A stretch of DNA of 64,000 nt, taken from the NCBI GenBank assembly GCA_965112735.1, contig OZ218950.1, forward strand, positions 4,092,001 to 4,156,000. Direction: 5' to 3'. This DNA is from Phaeosaccion multiseriatum. Its lineage: Eukaryota; Protista; Ochrophyta, other classes. The notes beneath the pieces were generated by a model, which saw only the letters and a list, made by a program, of their open reading frames with translations, was not told the DNA's origin and ran no database searches. Within the stretch, counting starts at the first letter, position 1, and every line of letters starts with the position of its first letter. Positions 35,861 to 48,838 of the stretch are shown here, one piece after another. Both the position numbers and the translations under genes were made by a program.

Positions 35861-37810
35861 ATGGTGGCCCCTGGAAGAAAGAGGCCAAGGCAGCGGAGGA
35901 GATGGCCGATGTGTTGTCGACAAGCACTGCTGCTGCTCCTTGCCAAACTGCAGTGGCAAGGGGCACGCTCGGTGCTACCGACAGGGACAGTGGTGGTGTC
36001 CTCAGGGGAAAGCACGTTCATCTCGTTGGCCAATTTTGGGACCTCCCTCTTGGAGAAGGCGCAAGTGGGCCCTCCTGTTCCTCTGCTGCTGCCGTTGTCA
36101 TCCACGGATGGGTGCGATAGCATGGGGCTGGTGGACTCGACCGCCGCCGACGGTTTTGTGCTGGTGGTGGAGAGGGGGAATTGCAGTTTTGATTGCAAGG
36201 CGGCAGCTGCGCAGGAGGCTGGGGCTTCTGGAGTGATCATCGTCAACACCTTGGAAGGCATATACGCAGGCAGGGAGTATGCGGAGGCAGAGACGGACTA
36301 TGAGTGCGGCAATGGGCAGGGCTGGTTGCCCGAGGTGGCTTCTCCCGTGTGGAGTGACGCCAATAATGTTCCGGCGTGCAGCCTGGACGACAGATGCGCG
36401 AGTGGTGCCTGCCTGCTCACTGAGGTTGTGGACAGCGTCCAGGGCACCAAGGTGTGTTGCGCGTGGGATTTATTTGTGACGCCTGGCTACTCGGACGCTG
36501 AAGTCGCGCAGAGTGTTCATATTCCTGTGGCGTTTGCGACCATGGGCGGTGGCTCTGACTTGCGGACATGGGCGGCGGGAGGGATGGAAGGGAATGAGTA
36601 CGCCCGCCCCCGCAGCAACGTGAACATCAGTTCCTTCCTTCTATGGGCGCTCGGCGTCGCCACGGCAATAACTGCCGCCTACTGCAGCGGCGATGAGTTG
36701 CGGGCATTGACCTCGCAGAAAGCTTCACCAGAGCTGGGACGAGCGCAAGACGAGACAGAGACAGGAGGCCGCGGTGGCAGCGAATTGGATGTGGGACTGT
36801 ATCACACGGTGGGGTTTATCTTGCTGGCCAGCTGCGCTCTCCTGCTGCTGTTCTTCTTCGACCTGACTCTCATCATCACTCTTCTATACACCGCAAGTGC
36901 ATCTGGCGCTGTGGTGACCGTGCTGCTTGTGCCTTTGCTAAGCAGAGTCATGGACCCCACCAGAACGGACAGCATCCACAACCGGGTGTGCCCCCTCCCC
37001 AGAGTAAAGCTTGTGGCCTACGTGCTGGCGGGGGCTCTGGCGCTGTGGTGGTTCTCTGTGAGAAATACGGCTTCGTACGCGTGGCTGCTGCAGGACTTTT
37101 TCGGCTGCTGCCTGTGCGTGTTCTTCCTCAAAATGATTTGCATCAACAACGTCAAGGTGGCCAGTGCACTGCTCTCCATGGCCTTCGTTTACGACATCTT
37201 TTGGGTCTTCATCAGCCCCTTCCTCTTCTCGACCAGCGTCATGGTGGAGGTGGCTTCAGGTACCAGGCCGACGAAGGACCCCACGTACTGCGAAAAGTAC
37301 CCGAGTGACGGCGGCTGCGTCTCGTCTTCCCTGCCCATGCTCCTCACCCTCCCACGCATTGGCGACTACATGGGGGGCTACACCATGCTGGGGTTGGGCG
37401 ACATTGTCCTCCCGGGCCTGCTCCTCAGCTTCGCTCTGCGCTACGACACTTCCGTCAGACTCCCCTTGCACCACGGCTACTTTGCCCCCACGGCTGTGGG
37501 GTACGCAGTCGGGCTCATGGCGGCCGATGTTGCCGTGTATGTCATGGACATGGGCCAGCCCGCGCTGCTATACCTCGTACCGAGCACCTTGGGGGTGTTC
37601 CTCTTGATGGCGCACATGGATGGTACGCTGCCCCTCATGTGGGAAGGGCCGCCGTCTCTGAATGGAGGGCCGTGGGACTTTTCTGCGAGAAGCACGTGCC
37701 CGGAGGAGGAGCCGTTGGTTGTTGGGCGCATCCTTAGGGGGGCGCAGCAGAGCGGGGCGAGGCGCACGGCAAACCCTCGGCCCGAGGGAGATGGAGTGCT
37801 GCTGCTGTAA
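35861..37810 (+). CDS. SPPL: Signal peptide peptidase-like intramembrane aspartyl protease (peptidase A22B, SPPL2-type with PA domain), intronless
   Basis: PA domain (LVVERGNCSFDCKAAAAQEAGASGVIIVN), multiple TM helices, catalytic YD (FVYDIFWVF) and GxGD (LGLGDIVLPG), and QPALLY. Start is at 35861 or 35909 (MCCRQALLLLLAKL, signal-like). Confidence 0.95.
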   Translation: MVAPGRKRPRQRRRWPMCCRQALLLLLAKLQWQGARSVLPTGTVVVSSGESTFISLANFGTSLLEKAQVGPPVPLLLPLSSTDGCDSMGLVDSTAADGFVLVVERGNCSFDCKAAAAQEAGASGVIIVNTLEGIYAGREYAEAETDYECGNGQGWLPEVASPVWSDANNVPACSLDDRCASGACLLTEVVDSVQGTKVCCAWDLFVTPGYSDAEVAQSVHIPVAFATMGGGSDLRTWAAGGMEGNEYARPRSNVNISSFLLWALGVATAITAAYCSGDELRALTSQKASPELGRAQDETETGGRGGSELDVGLYHTVGFILLASCALLLLFFFDLTLIITLLYTASASGAVVTVLLVPLLSRVMDPTRTDSIHNRVCPLPRVKLVAYVLAGALALWWFSVRNTASYAWLLQDFFGCCLCVFFLKMICINNVKVASALLSMAFVYDIFWVFISPFLFSTSVMVEVASGTRPTKDPTYCEKYPSDGGCVSSSLPMLLTLPRIGDYMGGYTMLGLGDIVLPGLLLSFALRYDTSVRLPLHHGYFAPTAVGYAVGLMAADVAVYVMDMGQPALLYLVPSTLGVFLLMAHMDGTLPLMWEGPPSLNGGPWDFSARSTCPEEEPLVVGRILRGAQQSGARRTANPRPEGDGVLLL

Positions 37811-38045
37811 ATGACTGAGTGACTGACGGAGTGAGTGGTGGTGCTTCGACTCGTTATTTGTAATACACGTGCACTTTGGCTCTCTCTCTCTCTTGCACTT
37901 GATGAAGTGGATTGAGCGCACTTTCTGCAGCGCAACGCTTTACAAGGTATCGTATTTTGCCTAAAAAAAAAATATTAAAATAAAAAGAACGAAAGCAAGA
38001 CGACAGTAATAAGAGTGCCGCGCCCCCCCACTATCCCCAAAACAC

Positions 38046-41000
38046 CTAACAGCCCACGCCCTTCCCCAGAGTGAGCCTGCCCAGCAGGAGCTCCTCCTGC
38101 CCCTCCTTAGGCAGGGCCGCTGCCCATACGCTGCCATCCGCACATCCCAGCACCACATCGCTGCCCCTGCTGCTGAGGCTGATGCTGCTAATCTCCGTGC
38201 CCCTCAGCTGCGCTCCGACATTGGCCACACACACGGTCTTGAAGCCTCCTCCAGTGCCGCACCCTTCCTCCAGCTGGCGCAGCACCGAGAGGGTGCCCGA
38301 GGCGCCGACCAACACGACGAGGCCAGAGGGAGAGGCCCCCGCCACCGTCGTCGCCTCTCCTTCGCCAACAACAATAACAACAGGAGGAGGAGGCGGCGCA
38401 GATTCCCCCTTGCTGCTGCTGCCACTACTATGTACCGGCGGTGGGACACTTGCCTTCGCCGCAGTGAGCTCCCCCCTTCCTCCACACGCCACCACGTGGT
38501 CACTTCCCGTAGCGACGAGGTGAGCAATCTCGTACGGGGTTCTTAGCACCTCCTGCGCGTGGTACAGCTGCTGCAGCTGAAGCATTTGGGGAACAGGAGT
38601 CCCTCCTCCTTGCCGCGATTGGGTCCAATCGGGACTCATCCCAAGCGGACCCGACACACGCGCCGTGTACTCGAGACTCCACAGCTTGACGCAGCGCTCC
38701 TCCGCGGTGGCAAACACGCAAAGACGCGAGGAGGGCGCGCTCCCATCGTCCCAGGGAGCTTGCTCCCCTCCTCCTTCTTCCCCTACTTCTCCTCCTCCTT
38801 CTCCTGCCCCCCTTGCAAAGGGAAGTACCACCATGTCCCGGACCGGGGATGGAAGCGTGACTCCACACACAACCTTGTGGCGGTGCGGGTCGAACACTGT
38901 CACCTCCTTCCCACCGCAGGAGAGAAGGTAGCTTGGCCCCGAACCGTCCGCAGCTTGCACAAAGCGCAGAGCGGCCACTCCGGTAGAGTCATGTGTATGC
39001 AGCTCCGCAAGCAGTTCCCACTCAGAGTGAAGCAACCCACCTCCATCTGCTCCTCTTCCGGCAGTCTTTTCCTCTCCTCCCCCCGATCCCGAGCTGCTAC
39101 TTGTCTGCCATACCGTAATGGCGGCCGTGGGCTCCGAGCCCCCCACACTGAGTACGCTGGGCCGCTGAATGGCTCCCGTGCTCCCGCATGCCACCATCGT
39201 GCCGTCCGCAGACATGGCCACCACGTCCCCCACGAGGGTTTCCGAAACGACAAACTGCTGATGGCTCGTCTCCAGCTCCTCCACGATGATCGCAGAGAAG
39301 CACGGTGCGTAGTACGCGAGCCGGCCGGAGCTCTCGTGCCAGACAAGGCCTTTGTTGCCGCCGCTATAGTAGCCCTGCTCCGTACGGATGCGACTGGTCA
39401 TGGTGAAGGTCGCTGCGGCTACGGCTGCTCGCGCCACGTCGCCGGTCGCACCGTGCCCCGCCTCGTGTGCTTCTTCTTGCCCGCGGGACCCTCCCCGCAG
39501 CCTCTCTTCCCCCCCCGTCTCCGTGCCAAAGGCACCACCACCGCCGCCATTGAGACGCCAACGCCCACCCTCTTCGCCGTCGCGGTCGTCGTTGTCGCCG
39601 TCCCCCACCTGCATACCGAGTTGCATGGACAAGCTCATATCGCTGGAGCCGGTGAGGCTAAACACAAGGTCGTCCACTCCCACCCCCCCCTCGCTGCCGC
39701 CCCGAGTGCTCCCACTCCTCCTTTTCTCTTCGCCTTCATCCAAACTCTCCTCGATTGGCGTGAAGCCTTCCACACCGAGGCTGCGTAGCTTGCCGATCAC
39801 TGTCGCCGCCGCCGCAACCTGGGGAGAGTCCCTCCCCGAGATGTTGAGCATCCCCGCTCCTCCTCCCCTCGACAAGGTGTTCTCAATTGAGGTTGTGAGT
39901 TGCACATAGCGATGCTCCATCTCCCGAATAGTTCGCGCCGCCTCTACTGCCAAGCTCATTGCGGCCTTCACTTCCTCGTCACCCTCCTCTCCCTCCTCAT
40001 CGTCGTCATAGTCGTCGTCGTCCTCCTCCTCTTCTTCCTCGTCGGCGTCCTCCTTCCCTTCCTCCACTTTGCCCTGACCTTGTCCATCCTCCCCGTCCCC
40101 CCCTCGGGTCAGGGCTAGGTCCGAGAAAGGAGAGGGCGGGAAGAGAGACCTCATAGCCGTTGGTCCGCTCCTCGCATCACCCCCACCTCCATCATCGTCA
40201 TCGCCAGTACCAGGGCCCTTCTCCTCGTCGTCCTCGTCCTCCTCGTCCTCCTCCTTGAGCCGCCGCTGCTGCTCGAGTCCGCTTGAGGGCGGCATATGCT
40301 GCAGAGCACTAAGTCCATCTGAAAAGATGCTGCTCCCCCCCGGCTGAGTGCTCTCCAAGCTCCTGCTAAGGCCCGTCGCGTACGACACGTTCGAGGCTCC
40401 TGCAGGGGTGGTAGTCGCAGCTACAGCAGGCCGTGCGTCACGTTCATCATCATCTTCATCACCATCATGTTCGGGGCCCGTCGTATGTAACTGTAGGCCC
40501 TCGTTCTTCCACAGCATCATCACCCCTCCCTCGTCCGCTGTGAGCATGCTCGTCGCATCGCGAGAGAAGGCCGCCGCTGAGAGAGGGTGAAAATGCCTCG
40601 TGAGAACCTGGGGCGCCGACAGGGACAGCTTTCCGGAAGCGTCCGGCGCAACTCGACAGATGTACGTTGGCTGCCGCTGCTCCGCTCCTGGTCCTCCTCC
40701 CCCTCCTCCCCCTACTCCTCCTCCTGCCGTCCCCCACACTCCTGCGCCTCCAGTCCGTCGCCCCCCGCTTCCCCCCGTGCCCTCTGTTGGGTCGTTCGCC
40801 GACAGGCAATGGGAGGAAGACGAAGCCGCCATGAGGCTTGCAGTAGCCATGGCGGCGTTAGAGACAGCTCCGGGCCGCGGCAAGGACGACCCGATGCCTC
40901 CATAGCTGCTGCTGCTGCTGCTGCTGCCGCCGCTACCTGTCGCTCCGCCTGTGGCCTCCAAAGGCTCTGGCACAAGCACTACGAACCACTGGCCTGACTT

Positions 41001-44000
41001 GGGCAGCACGGTGTGCAGTTTGGACACTCGGCAGGGAAGGAGAGCGGACCAGGGGAGGGAAGGGGCCTTGCTGCTTCCGCGGCTGAGGAGAACAGAACGG
41101 TTCAAGGTGGGGGAGCGAGAACAAAAACAATGGTTTTGGAGCGGGGTGACAGAGGAGGGCTTGAGTGCAGGACAGCTGGGAAAGATTGGGGAGAGCGAAT
41201 GCGAAGATTTACACCTCTGTGCCAAGTTGGAAATCCCAGAAGGTGACACATATACACACACACAACCTCTCTCTCTGCCGCACGATAGGGGGAGGGGGGG
41301 GGGGACTCACGTGCGCAGCGGGAAGCGGAAGAGCTTCGTGCGTGTGGAGGCCACCAAATCTCGGCCGTCCTCGCTGAAGGCAAGGTGCACGAAGTGGTGC
41401 AAGGGCTTGCCATTTGAGGATGAGGAGGAGGAGGAGGAGGATGATGATGGTCCGTCCCCCACCAGGCCGCCGAAAGAAGATGAAAAAGAGGAGGAAGCAG
41501 CGGTGCCGCCACCACCAGAGCCGTTGTTCTTGGGAGAGAGAACTGAGCCGCCGCTCAGAATGGCCCGCCCCCCTCCTCCTCCTGCTGCTGCTGCTGCTGT
41601 TGCTGCCAGTGCTGCCGCCATGGCACCGCCGCCCTTGCCGGTGCCGACGATGCTCACGGAGCTCCCTGTGGCTGCCGCTGTGGCTGCCGCGATGGCCACC
41701 GCATCGCCACTGTTCGCCAACTGCTCCTCCTGTGAGGGGCACGGGCGGACGGGAGAAGAGGGAAGGACGCGAGGGAGGGGGGATTAATAGGCAAGCGAGT
41801 GAAGGGAAGTGAGAAGCTTCCAGCTACGAAGGGTGGTGGGGACACAAAAGTCGGCGAAGCGAAGCTCTTGGGGAGGGGGGGGGCTGCACTCGTGCCCTAT
41901 GTGGGGAGGATGCGATTACTTGGGCATTGGAGAAAACCACGTCCCCTTTCTCTCTCTCGCCTTGGGGTGTATCGTACCTGTAGCCAGGCCGCCATGTTCG
42001 CTCCGCCCTCCGAGAGCCTCTTGCTCTTGATGCGGCGCACAAGCTCAAAAGAGTGCGCGTCGTAGAGCATGATGCAGGCGGGCTCGGCACCGGCCACCGC
42101 CAGAGTGCCGCTGTCAGGAGAGATGGCAATGACCAGGTGCACAGAGAGGGGAGGGCCTTCGATACCCACCATCTTGACGGGCTGTGGGGGGGAGGGAGGG
42201 AGGAAGGGAGGGGGGGGGAGGAGGGAGGGAGGGAGGGAGGGAGGGAGGGAGGGAGGGAGGGGCAGGATGTGATGTGAGGAGCTGACTGCAAAGCGAGGAA
42301 AGAGAGAGACGGAAGATAAAGATGAAGTGATGCGAGCGGGTACGCACCCACCCCCTCTAACCACCAAACTAGTCACCAAACTAGTCTACCCAACGACCCC
42401 CAACACCTCTTCCTTCCAGCCACGTAACCAACCTTATAGTCTCTCTCTACGTCGTAGGCGAAGATGGCCCCGTCGGACCCCGCGCTGAACATCCTCTTCC
42501 CATCCGGCGAGTGCAGCACTTGTCGGACTCCGGAGCGGTGCTAAGCAAAGCAAGCAAGCAGCAAAGGCGGCATAGCAATACAAAACAGACAAAGAGTTGA
42601 GAGAAAAGCGCTTTCGAAACGCAATAACCACGCATGCATTTACGCACAAACACAACACACGCAAGCACGCACGCACGCACACACGCACGCACGCACCCTC
42701 ACAGCTGTTTGTCTGATCTCTTGAGTGACACCCGTGAGCATTGGATGGTACTTGGCAAGGTCTAACCCCAACCCAAACCCAAACGGAAACTCAAACTCAT
42801 GCCTTGTCCGACCACACCACCGATACCCACACATATGCGCGCACCTGTGAGTACTCATACACTGTGCTGGTGCTCTCCACGTCGAAGACTCGCACACACC
42901 CACTGCTAAAGCCTACGGCAATCAGGGTTCTTCTATTGGTCCCTCTCCCCTGCTTGCTCTCTTCCTCTTGTTCCGTGTCCGCATGCGGCAGATAAGAGAT
43001 GCAGAGAGGGTCGTCGTCTGGAGACATGAACTCATAGCGTTGCTGGCCCGAGTCGCAGTCCCAGATACGGATACTCCCGTCGATGCCCGCCGAAGTGAAT
43101 TCATCGCTGGAGGGGGAGGGGTCAAAGGCCACGGCCAAAATCTCGCCGCTGTGGGAGCGCATGCCTAGAGAGAGAGGAGAGGAGAGGATCAGGCAGGTGT
43201 GTGGGAAGGGGGAGGGGGAGGGGGAGGGGAGAGGGAGGATGAGAGATGGAAGAAGGACGTGCGCAGGTTGGTGGATAGAGAGATGGTGGGGAGAGAGTCG
43301 GGAAGAAGAGCAGAATGGCGCATGGCAGCATGCGATATGTGTATGGCAAGCGTGCTTCCCTCCCTCCCTCCCTCTCTCCCTCCCCCCCTCTCCCTGCCTG
43401 CCTGCCTGCCTCCTCCACCCACCGGTTGCGTAGTTGTGGCTCATGACGTCCAAGGCTCCGACAGACCCGTTCTCCGTGCCCACAGCGAGGCTCAATCCGT
43501 CCATGCTCAGGGCCACACTGCTCACACCACTCTCGTGCTGTGCCTCCATGAGGAAGTCGCTAAAGTCCAGAGGCCATAGGCGGAGGAAGCCGTCGTCCGA
43601 TCCTGGAGGGAACAGATGGAGGGAGGGAGGGAGGGAGGGAGGGAGGGAGGGAGGGAGGGGGGGGGCGAGGGGAGGGCAATTCTAAGTAGAAATCAAGTGG
43701 GGCAAGGAAGGAAAGGAATGACCAACGAAGGGCCACGTGAATACATGGGACAAATATGACTGACACTGACCAGTGACAACGAAGCCTTCGTTGACGGACA
43801 CGCAGTTGATGGCGCTGTCGTGTAGACGCAGCACACAGAGGAGATTCCGGGTCTGATAGCTCACTTGCAGCAGAGTGCCCGCCTTCGTGCTCACGTACAC
43901 ATTGCGCGGCTGTGGGTGGGTGTGGTGTGTGTGGTGTGGTGTGGTGCAGTGGAGGAGGAGGAGCAACGCGTGTGGTGAGTCGCCAAGACGGGGGGGGGCT

Positions 44001-45059
44001 TGCGGAACTAAGGTGAGTGCTTGTGCTGCGGTACCCTCCCCCTCCCCCTCCCCCACACCCCATTCCACCCCACCCCACGCACTCCGACACACACAAGTGG
44101 CTTTCTACAAATGAAAGAAAGACTCGACACAAAGACGAATGCAAAAGGCGAAATGAAGCAAAACACACACACGCACTCTTAAATGTACCTGCTGCGCCGG
44201 CTCTGTCATTCCATAGGCCGCTTCAAACGCTAAATCCGTGCACTCCAACCCCCGGGCAAACTCATTTAGCACCGCGGGGCAGGCGGGTAGGTGTGCCCTC
44301 TTGATCCTCCAGAAACGCACATTCTCCCTCCCACACGATACCAAGCGGAGGTGCTCAAAGGGGGAGAAGCGTATGCGCGTGATGGGGAACTCGCTCATCT
44401 GCTTTGCAAGGATGGCCATGCCTCTGGTGATGGCTCCTCCTCCTCCCCCTGCTGCTCCTACCCCTGCAGCTGCCGCCCCCCCCCCTCCCCTTCGGGCCGC
44501 ACAGAGCATACCGACGTCCCACACCACCACCTGCACGTTGTGCCAGTTACGTAGTGGGTACGTAGATACATGATACATCATTAGTGCATGTAGAAGGGAA
44601 GATGGACAGACAAATGATAGCAACACCTGTAACTCACTCACGTACTCACTCACTCACCTGTGTGCGTCTGTAGGCGTCGCCCCCTACCGTGCAGAGGAGG
44701 CGGTCGTCCGAGCTCCAGCACATGGACGTGATTCCGCTGCTGTGCGCCACAAAGTGGGCCACGCAGCCTGCCGAGGCCTTGGGATTAACTCCCTCCCCTC
44801 CGCCTCCTCCTGCTGTATCACCAACTGCTGCTGCCGCCGCTGCCGCTGCTGCTGCTGCCGCTGCCCCACTTACGCTCCACAGTCTGACCAGCGCCTCCGC
44901 AGCTCCTCCCTCGGGAGCCCCTCCCTGCGCAGTTGCCAGGAGTTGCCCACCGCTGCTCAGCTCCAGCAGCGTGATGGTGTCGCTGTGGCCTGTGAGAAAC
45001 ACGTGCTGGTTCTTCTTGGGCGGGGGCGGGGGGGCACTCTTCTCGTCCCCTGCGCTCTC

Positions 45060-45097
<38 letters not shown>

Positions 45098-45380
45098 TCT
45101 GCTGCTTGTCAGCCCACAGAGGATCAGTCACCAGCACCACTGTATTGTTGCTTGGGAAGGCGACGCGTCGCCCCGCTCCGGCTGCTGCTACTCCTCCAGC
45201 CGCCGCTCCTGTCCCCCCCGGTGATGCGGATGCGGATGTGGAAGGCAGCTCCTCCACCCAGGCCACGGTCCTGCCCCCGCTGTACCCGAGTACGTTGGTG
45301 AGCCGCATGCAGGGCTGGGGGAGGGAGCGGTCTGGTCGGAATGCATACTCGTTGGATGGCCGAGGCGCCTTGGTAGTAGC

Positions 45381-45417
<37 letters not shown>

Positions 45418-48277
45418 GCCCGCCCTGCCTCGTCCTTCTCATCCTTCCCAGCGCCGCCCGGGCCTTCGTCTTGGTTTCTTCCCTCCTCCTCGTTCCCCTC
45501 CTCCTCCTCGTTCGCCTCCTCCTCCTTTCCATCCTCTTTCTCATCGTGTGGTGCACGCTGCGAGGACGTTGAGGACCTCCTTCCCTCGCCTCCTCCTCCT
45601 CCTCCTCCTCCTCCTCCTCCTCCTCCTCCCTTCCCTCCCACCAGGGTGATTCCTCGCCGCCCCACACCGGCAGAAGAGGGGCCCGCTGTGGGTGCCCCTG
45701 ATCTCGCTACACTTGCGCGCCTCTCCTTCCCGACTGTCCCTCGACTGCTTGCACTTGTTACTGTTTTCATTGTCGTCGCGGGCTTCGTGGCAGGGGCATT
45801 TCTGCCCGAGGATGATGACAGGTCGGACACCACTGCCCCGGCACCCTTGCCGAGCCTTTCCGTGGCGCCTGCTGCCGACCCCAACCCGAGCTCCTCGCCC
45901 AGACTGGAGACGACGTGGAAGTGGCGCCGCTCCTATGGTAGTAGTAGTAGTAGTAGAAGGAGGAGGAGGAGGAGGAGGAGGAGGAGGAGGAGGAGGAGGA
46001 GGAGGAGGAGGAGGAGGAGGAGGAGGAGGGGGGGGAGGAGGGGGGGGGGAGGAGGAATCGAGACGAAGGACGTTCGACGAGCTATGGTTGTCAGCCACAT
46101 GTCGATGCGTGGTGCGCTGATAGAGAACCCTCTCTCTCTGTCCTGACACCCTCTCTCTCTCTGTCCTGACACCCTCTCACCCTGCCTGTCTATATGACCC
46201 CATCTCTCACTCCCAGCTTCAACAACATACAGCGATCCTCTGCGTGTCGGAAGGGCAGAAACCTCTTACGTGGAGAATCCATCTGCATCATCACCACAGC
46301 AATTTCCTTCCTTCCTTCCTTCCTTCCTTCTAACCTTGTGTGGCAAGTTGGCCCCTGCTTGGTCCACCCAGGGGTTCTGCGGTGAGCTTCTGTGCTGCCA
46401 GGAGGAGTGAGCAAGCTCTGCTGAACCGAAAGAGGAGGCGGAGGGTAGCCCCTGTCGTCCATCGCATGAAACACCAACACGAACAGAGCACAGGGGCAAG
46501 GCAAGGCGTGGCGTAGGTGCGGTGTGTGGCAACGTACAAGGACGTCAATACGCGCTGGCTACTGACCACTCACAACTGACAACTGACCTGCCACTCATAG
46601 GTCTTGCTCCACTCCTTCCTCTCGCCCCCAGCGGGAGAAGACGCGGTATTGGAAGAAGAAGCAGGAGAAGAGTCCACCCCGGGGAGACGCATGTCCTTTG
46701 GTAGAGTGCTGGGTTCGAACGCGAGGTCGGAGGTGAACACGTCCCTCACCACCATGTTGGAGCACAGCTTGACGCTCTTCAAGTGGTGGTACTGCCAGCT
46801 TGACCCTGACCCTGACCCTGACCCTGACCAGCGAGACCCTGACCCTGACCCTGCGGGGGCGGAGGAGGCAACCACCCGTCTGGCCTTCTCGTGCTCTGCG
46901 ACCATGGCAACCATGTCTATGGCGATGACGACCCAGTCGGAGCTGCGGCCCCCCTGGAAGCGCAGCGGCTGCTTGATGAGACGATCTTGAGAGAGAGGGG
47001 GGTGGGGGGGCGGGATGGGGTGCGGGAGGGCAGGGAGTATGAAGTGACGTGAGAAGCATGAACAGTGAAAGTATACCAACGAGTATCAAGAACGAGAGAG
47101 CATAAAAACTGGGGGGTGAGACGGAAAGAGAATTGAGTGGGGAGCAAAACATTGGAGCGGGTATTGAAGGGGGCAGTCCAGCTCTATGCCACTCCTCCTC
47201 CTCTTCCTCTCTCACCCGTGTGCTTGGTTTCGCTATACAAAGTACTGAAGGACATTCGCAGAGGTTGGATGCTGCTGCCTGCCCCTCCTTCCGCCACCTC
47301 CGTCTCTAGGTGGAACATCATGACTCGCTCTCTGAGGGGGCGCAGCTGCACGTAGACATATCGTCCGGTGAGATCCAGAGAACGCTGCTGCTGCGCGTGT
47401 GCTCTTTGTGTTTGGCGAGGTGGAGGGAGAGACAAGAGAGACGCAGCAAGGCCACAATGAAAGGGTGGGGAAATGAAGCGGCAGAGGGAGCTAAGTCAGA
47501 AGGGACATCAGGAGAGCGGGCTGCACAGGTGTGAATGCCTAAGCGCACATAACAACTGGGTATCTCACAAGCTCGCCCCAATACCGTTGAAGCATGGCAC
47601 GGGAGGGGAGGCGCACTACACTCACTCACCCTGGCACCGCCACGGCCCGCCCTCCAGTAAGGCCCTTGGAAGAGATGGAGCTGTGCTTGGTTGGCGGTAC
47701 CAGGCCGCTCTTCTCCTTGCCCCCGCCTGTCCCTGGGGCCAAGATGAAGTTGTTGGACGAGATGGAGCCTCGAATGCGATACACCCTCTTTGCGATACTC
47801 TTGTCCTGAGGGCGAGGGAGAAGGAGGGTAAAGTAGGGTGGTGTATTAGACAGGGTGAGATGGAGAAGATTCTTGTGCGTATCAGCAGGATACGTTTGCT
47901 CTACCGCGAAGAGAAGACCACAAGGGAACGTGGTGCCGCTTTCACCTCTCTCCTTCCAGTATCTGGTGTACATGGAAAAGCGATGTGTTCCCCTCGCTAG
48001 ATCCTTCCCCCCCTTCTCTCGGCTACAAAGGTTGGCACCCGATGGAAGTCTTCTTCCAGTGTCCCTCTCAGTGCTCTCCCCTCCGCGCACCATCCCCCCT
48101 CCCATCCCTTTCTCCCCTCCCTCATACGGCAGTTGGGAAAATACTCACCAAAATCGCCGCTACATCCCCCCCTCTGGCTGCGTCTGCGTTGTGCTTCCAT
48201 GCATCCACTCCGCAGAGCTTAAAGACAGAGACGAAGGGCTGCTGCCAGGCCGCGCTGCGGCCGCTCCTCTCGCCCAT
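38046..48277 (-). CDS. WDR90: WDR90/POC16 centriolar protein (N-terminal CFAP20/DUF667 domain + WD40 repeats), ~14 exons
   Basis: Exon 1 (48277-48149) WQQPFVSVFK...GDVAAIL joins DKSIAKRVYRIRGSISSNNFI. Also LTGRYVYVQLRP, LKSVKLCSNMVVRDVFTSD, LVSCGRENVRFWRIK, GSDDGFLRLWPLDFSDFLMEAQHE, SAGIDGSIRIWD. Some internal splice sites are approximate. Confidence 0.9.
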
Positions 48278-48394
48278 CCCCTATTTTTTGTTTGTTTTGT
48301 TGGAGGTGTGGAAATTAAAAAAAATTAGAGTAGCTCTACATTCAAACTCGATGTGTTTAACTGCTGAGATCAGCTCTCTCACCTCAATCGCTCT

Positions 48395-48838
48395 ATGGAG
48401 GATATAGGGAAGGCCGTGGGCCTCAGCGACACTGAGGTGTGGGCGATTTCAGTCATCCTTGTCACTCTTTCGGCCATTACTCTTGTCGTCCTGTACAGGT
48501 GAGCTGTTGGTGTCCCCCGAGCTTTGCTTCCTTCTTCCTTTGTCGACCGCCCCCCCCCCCGATACTCACACATGCATTGAATCGCGTGCCCGATGTCCGT
48601 GTGATGTTCTCGCAGGATCTGGTTCGGCTATAGAGGCTTGGGCATTGGGAAGGGATACTTTAGTAAGGCGCATCGAGGGGTGGGGAGATTTGCGTACGAC
48701 AATCTCGATGAGCCCAGCGGCTCTGACACTGCTCTAGAAATGACGGACCTCAGTGACAAGCCGAACCCATTGGTGTGGGGCGGAAGGGAAGATGAAAGCG
48801 GTCACTTGTGTGATGTCCTCCTGCCGCAAGGCTACTGA
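48395..48838 (+). CDS. Small single-pass membrane protein (~108 aa), 2 exons
   Basis: Exon 1 is 48395-48498 (AG|GTGAG) and exon 2 is 48616-48838, in phase. Sequence MEDIGKAVGLSDTE-VWAISVILVTLSAITLVVLY-RIWFGYRG..., a TM helix followed by basic residues. Confidence 0.6.

Noticed and set aside
44689-46146. 485-aa plus-strand ORF
   Set aside because: Antisense to a WDR90 exon and low complexity.
46800-46852. (TGACCC)n as an interstitial telomere-like repeat
   Set aside because: Lies in a WDR90 exon encoding a Gly-Ser linker.
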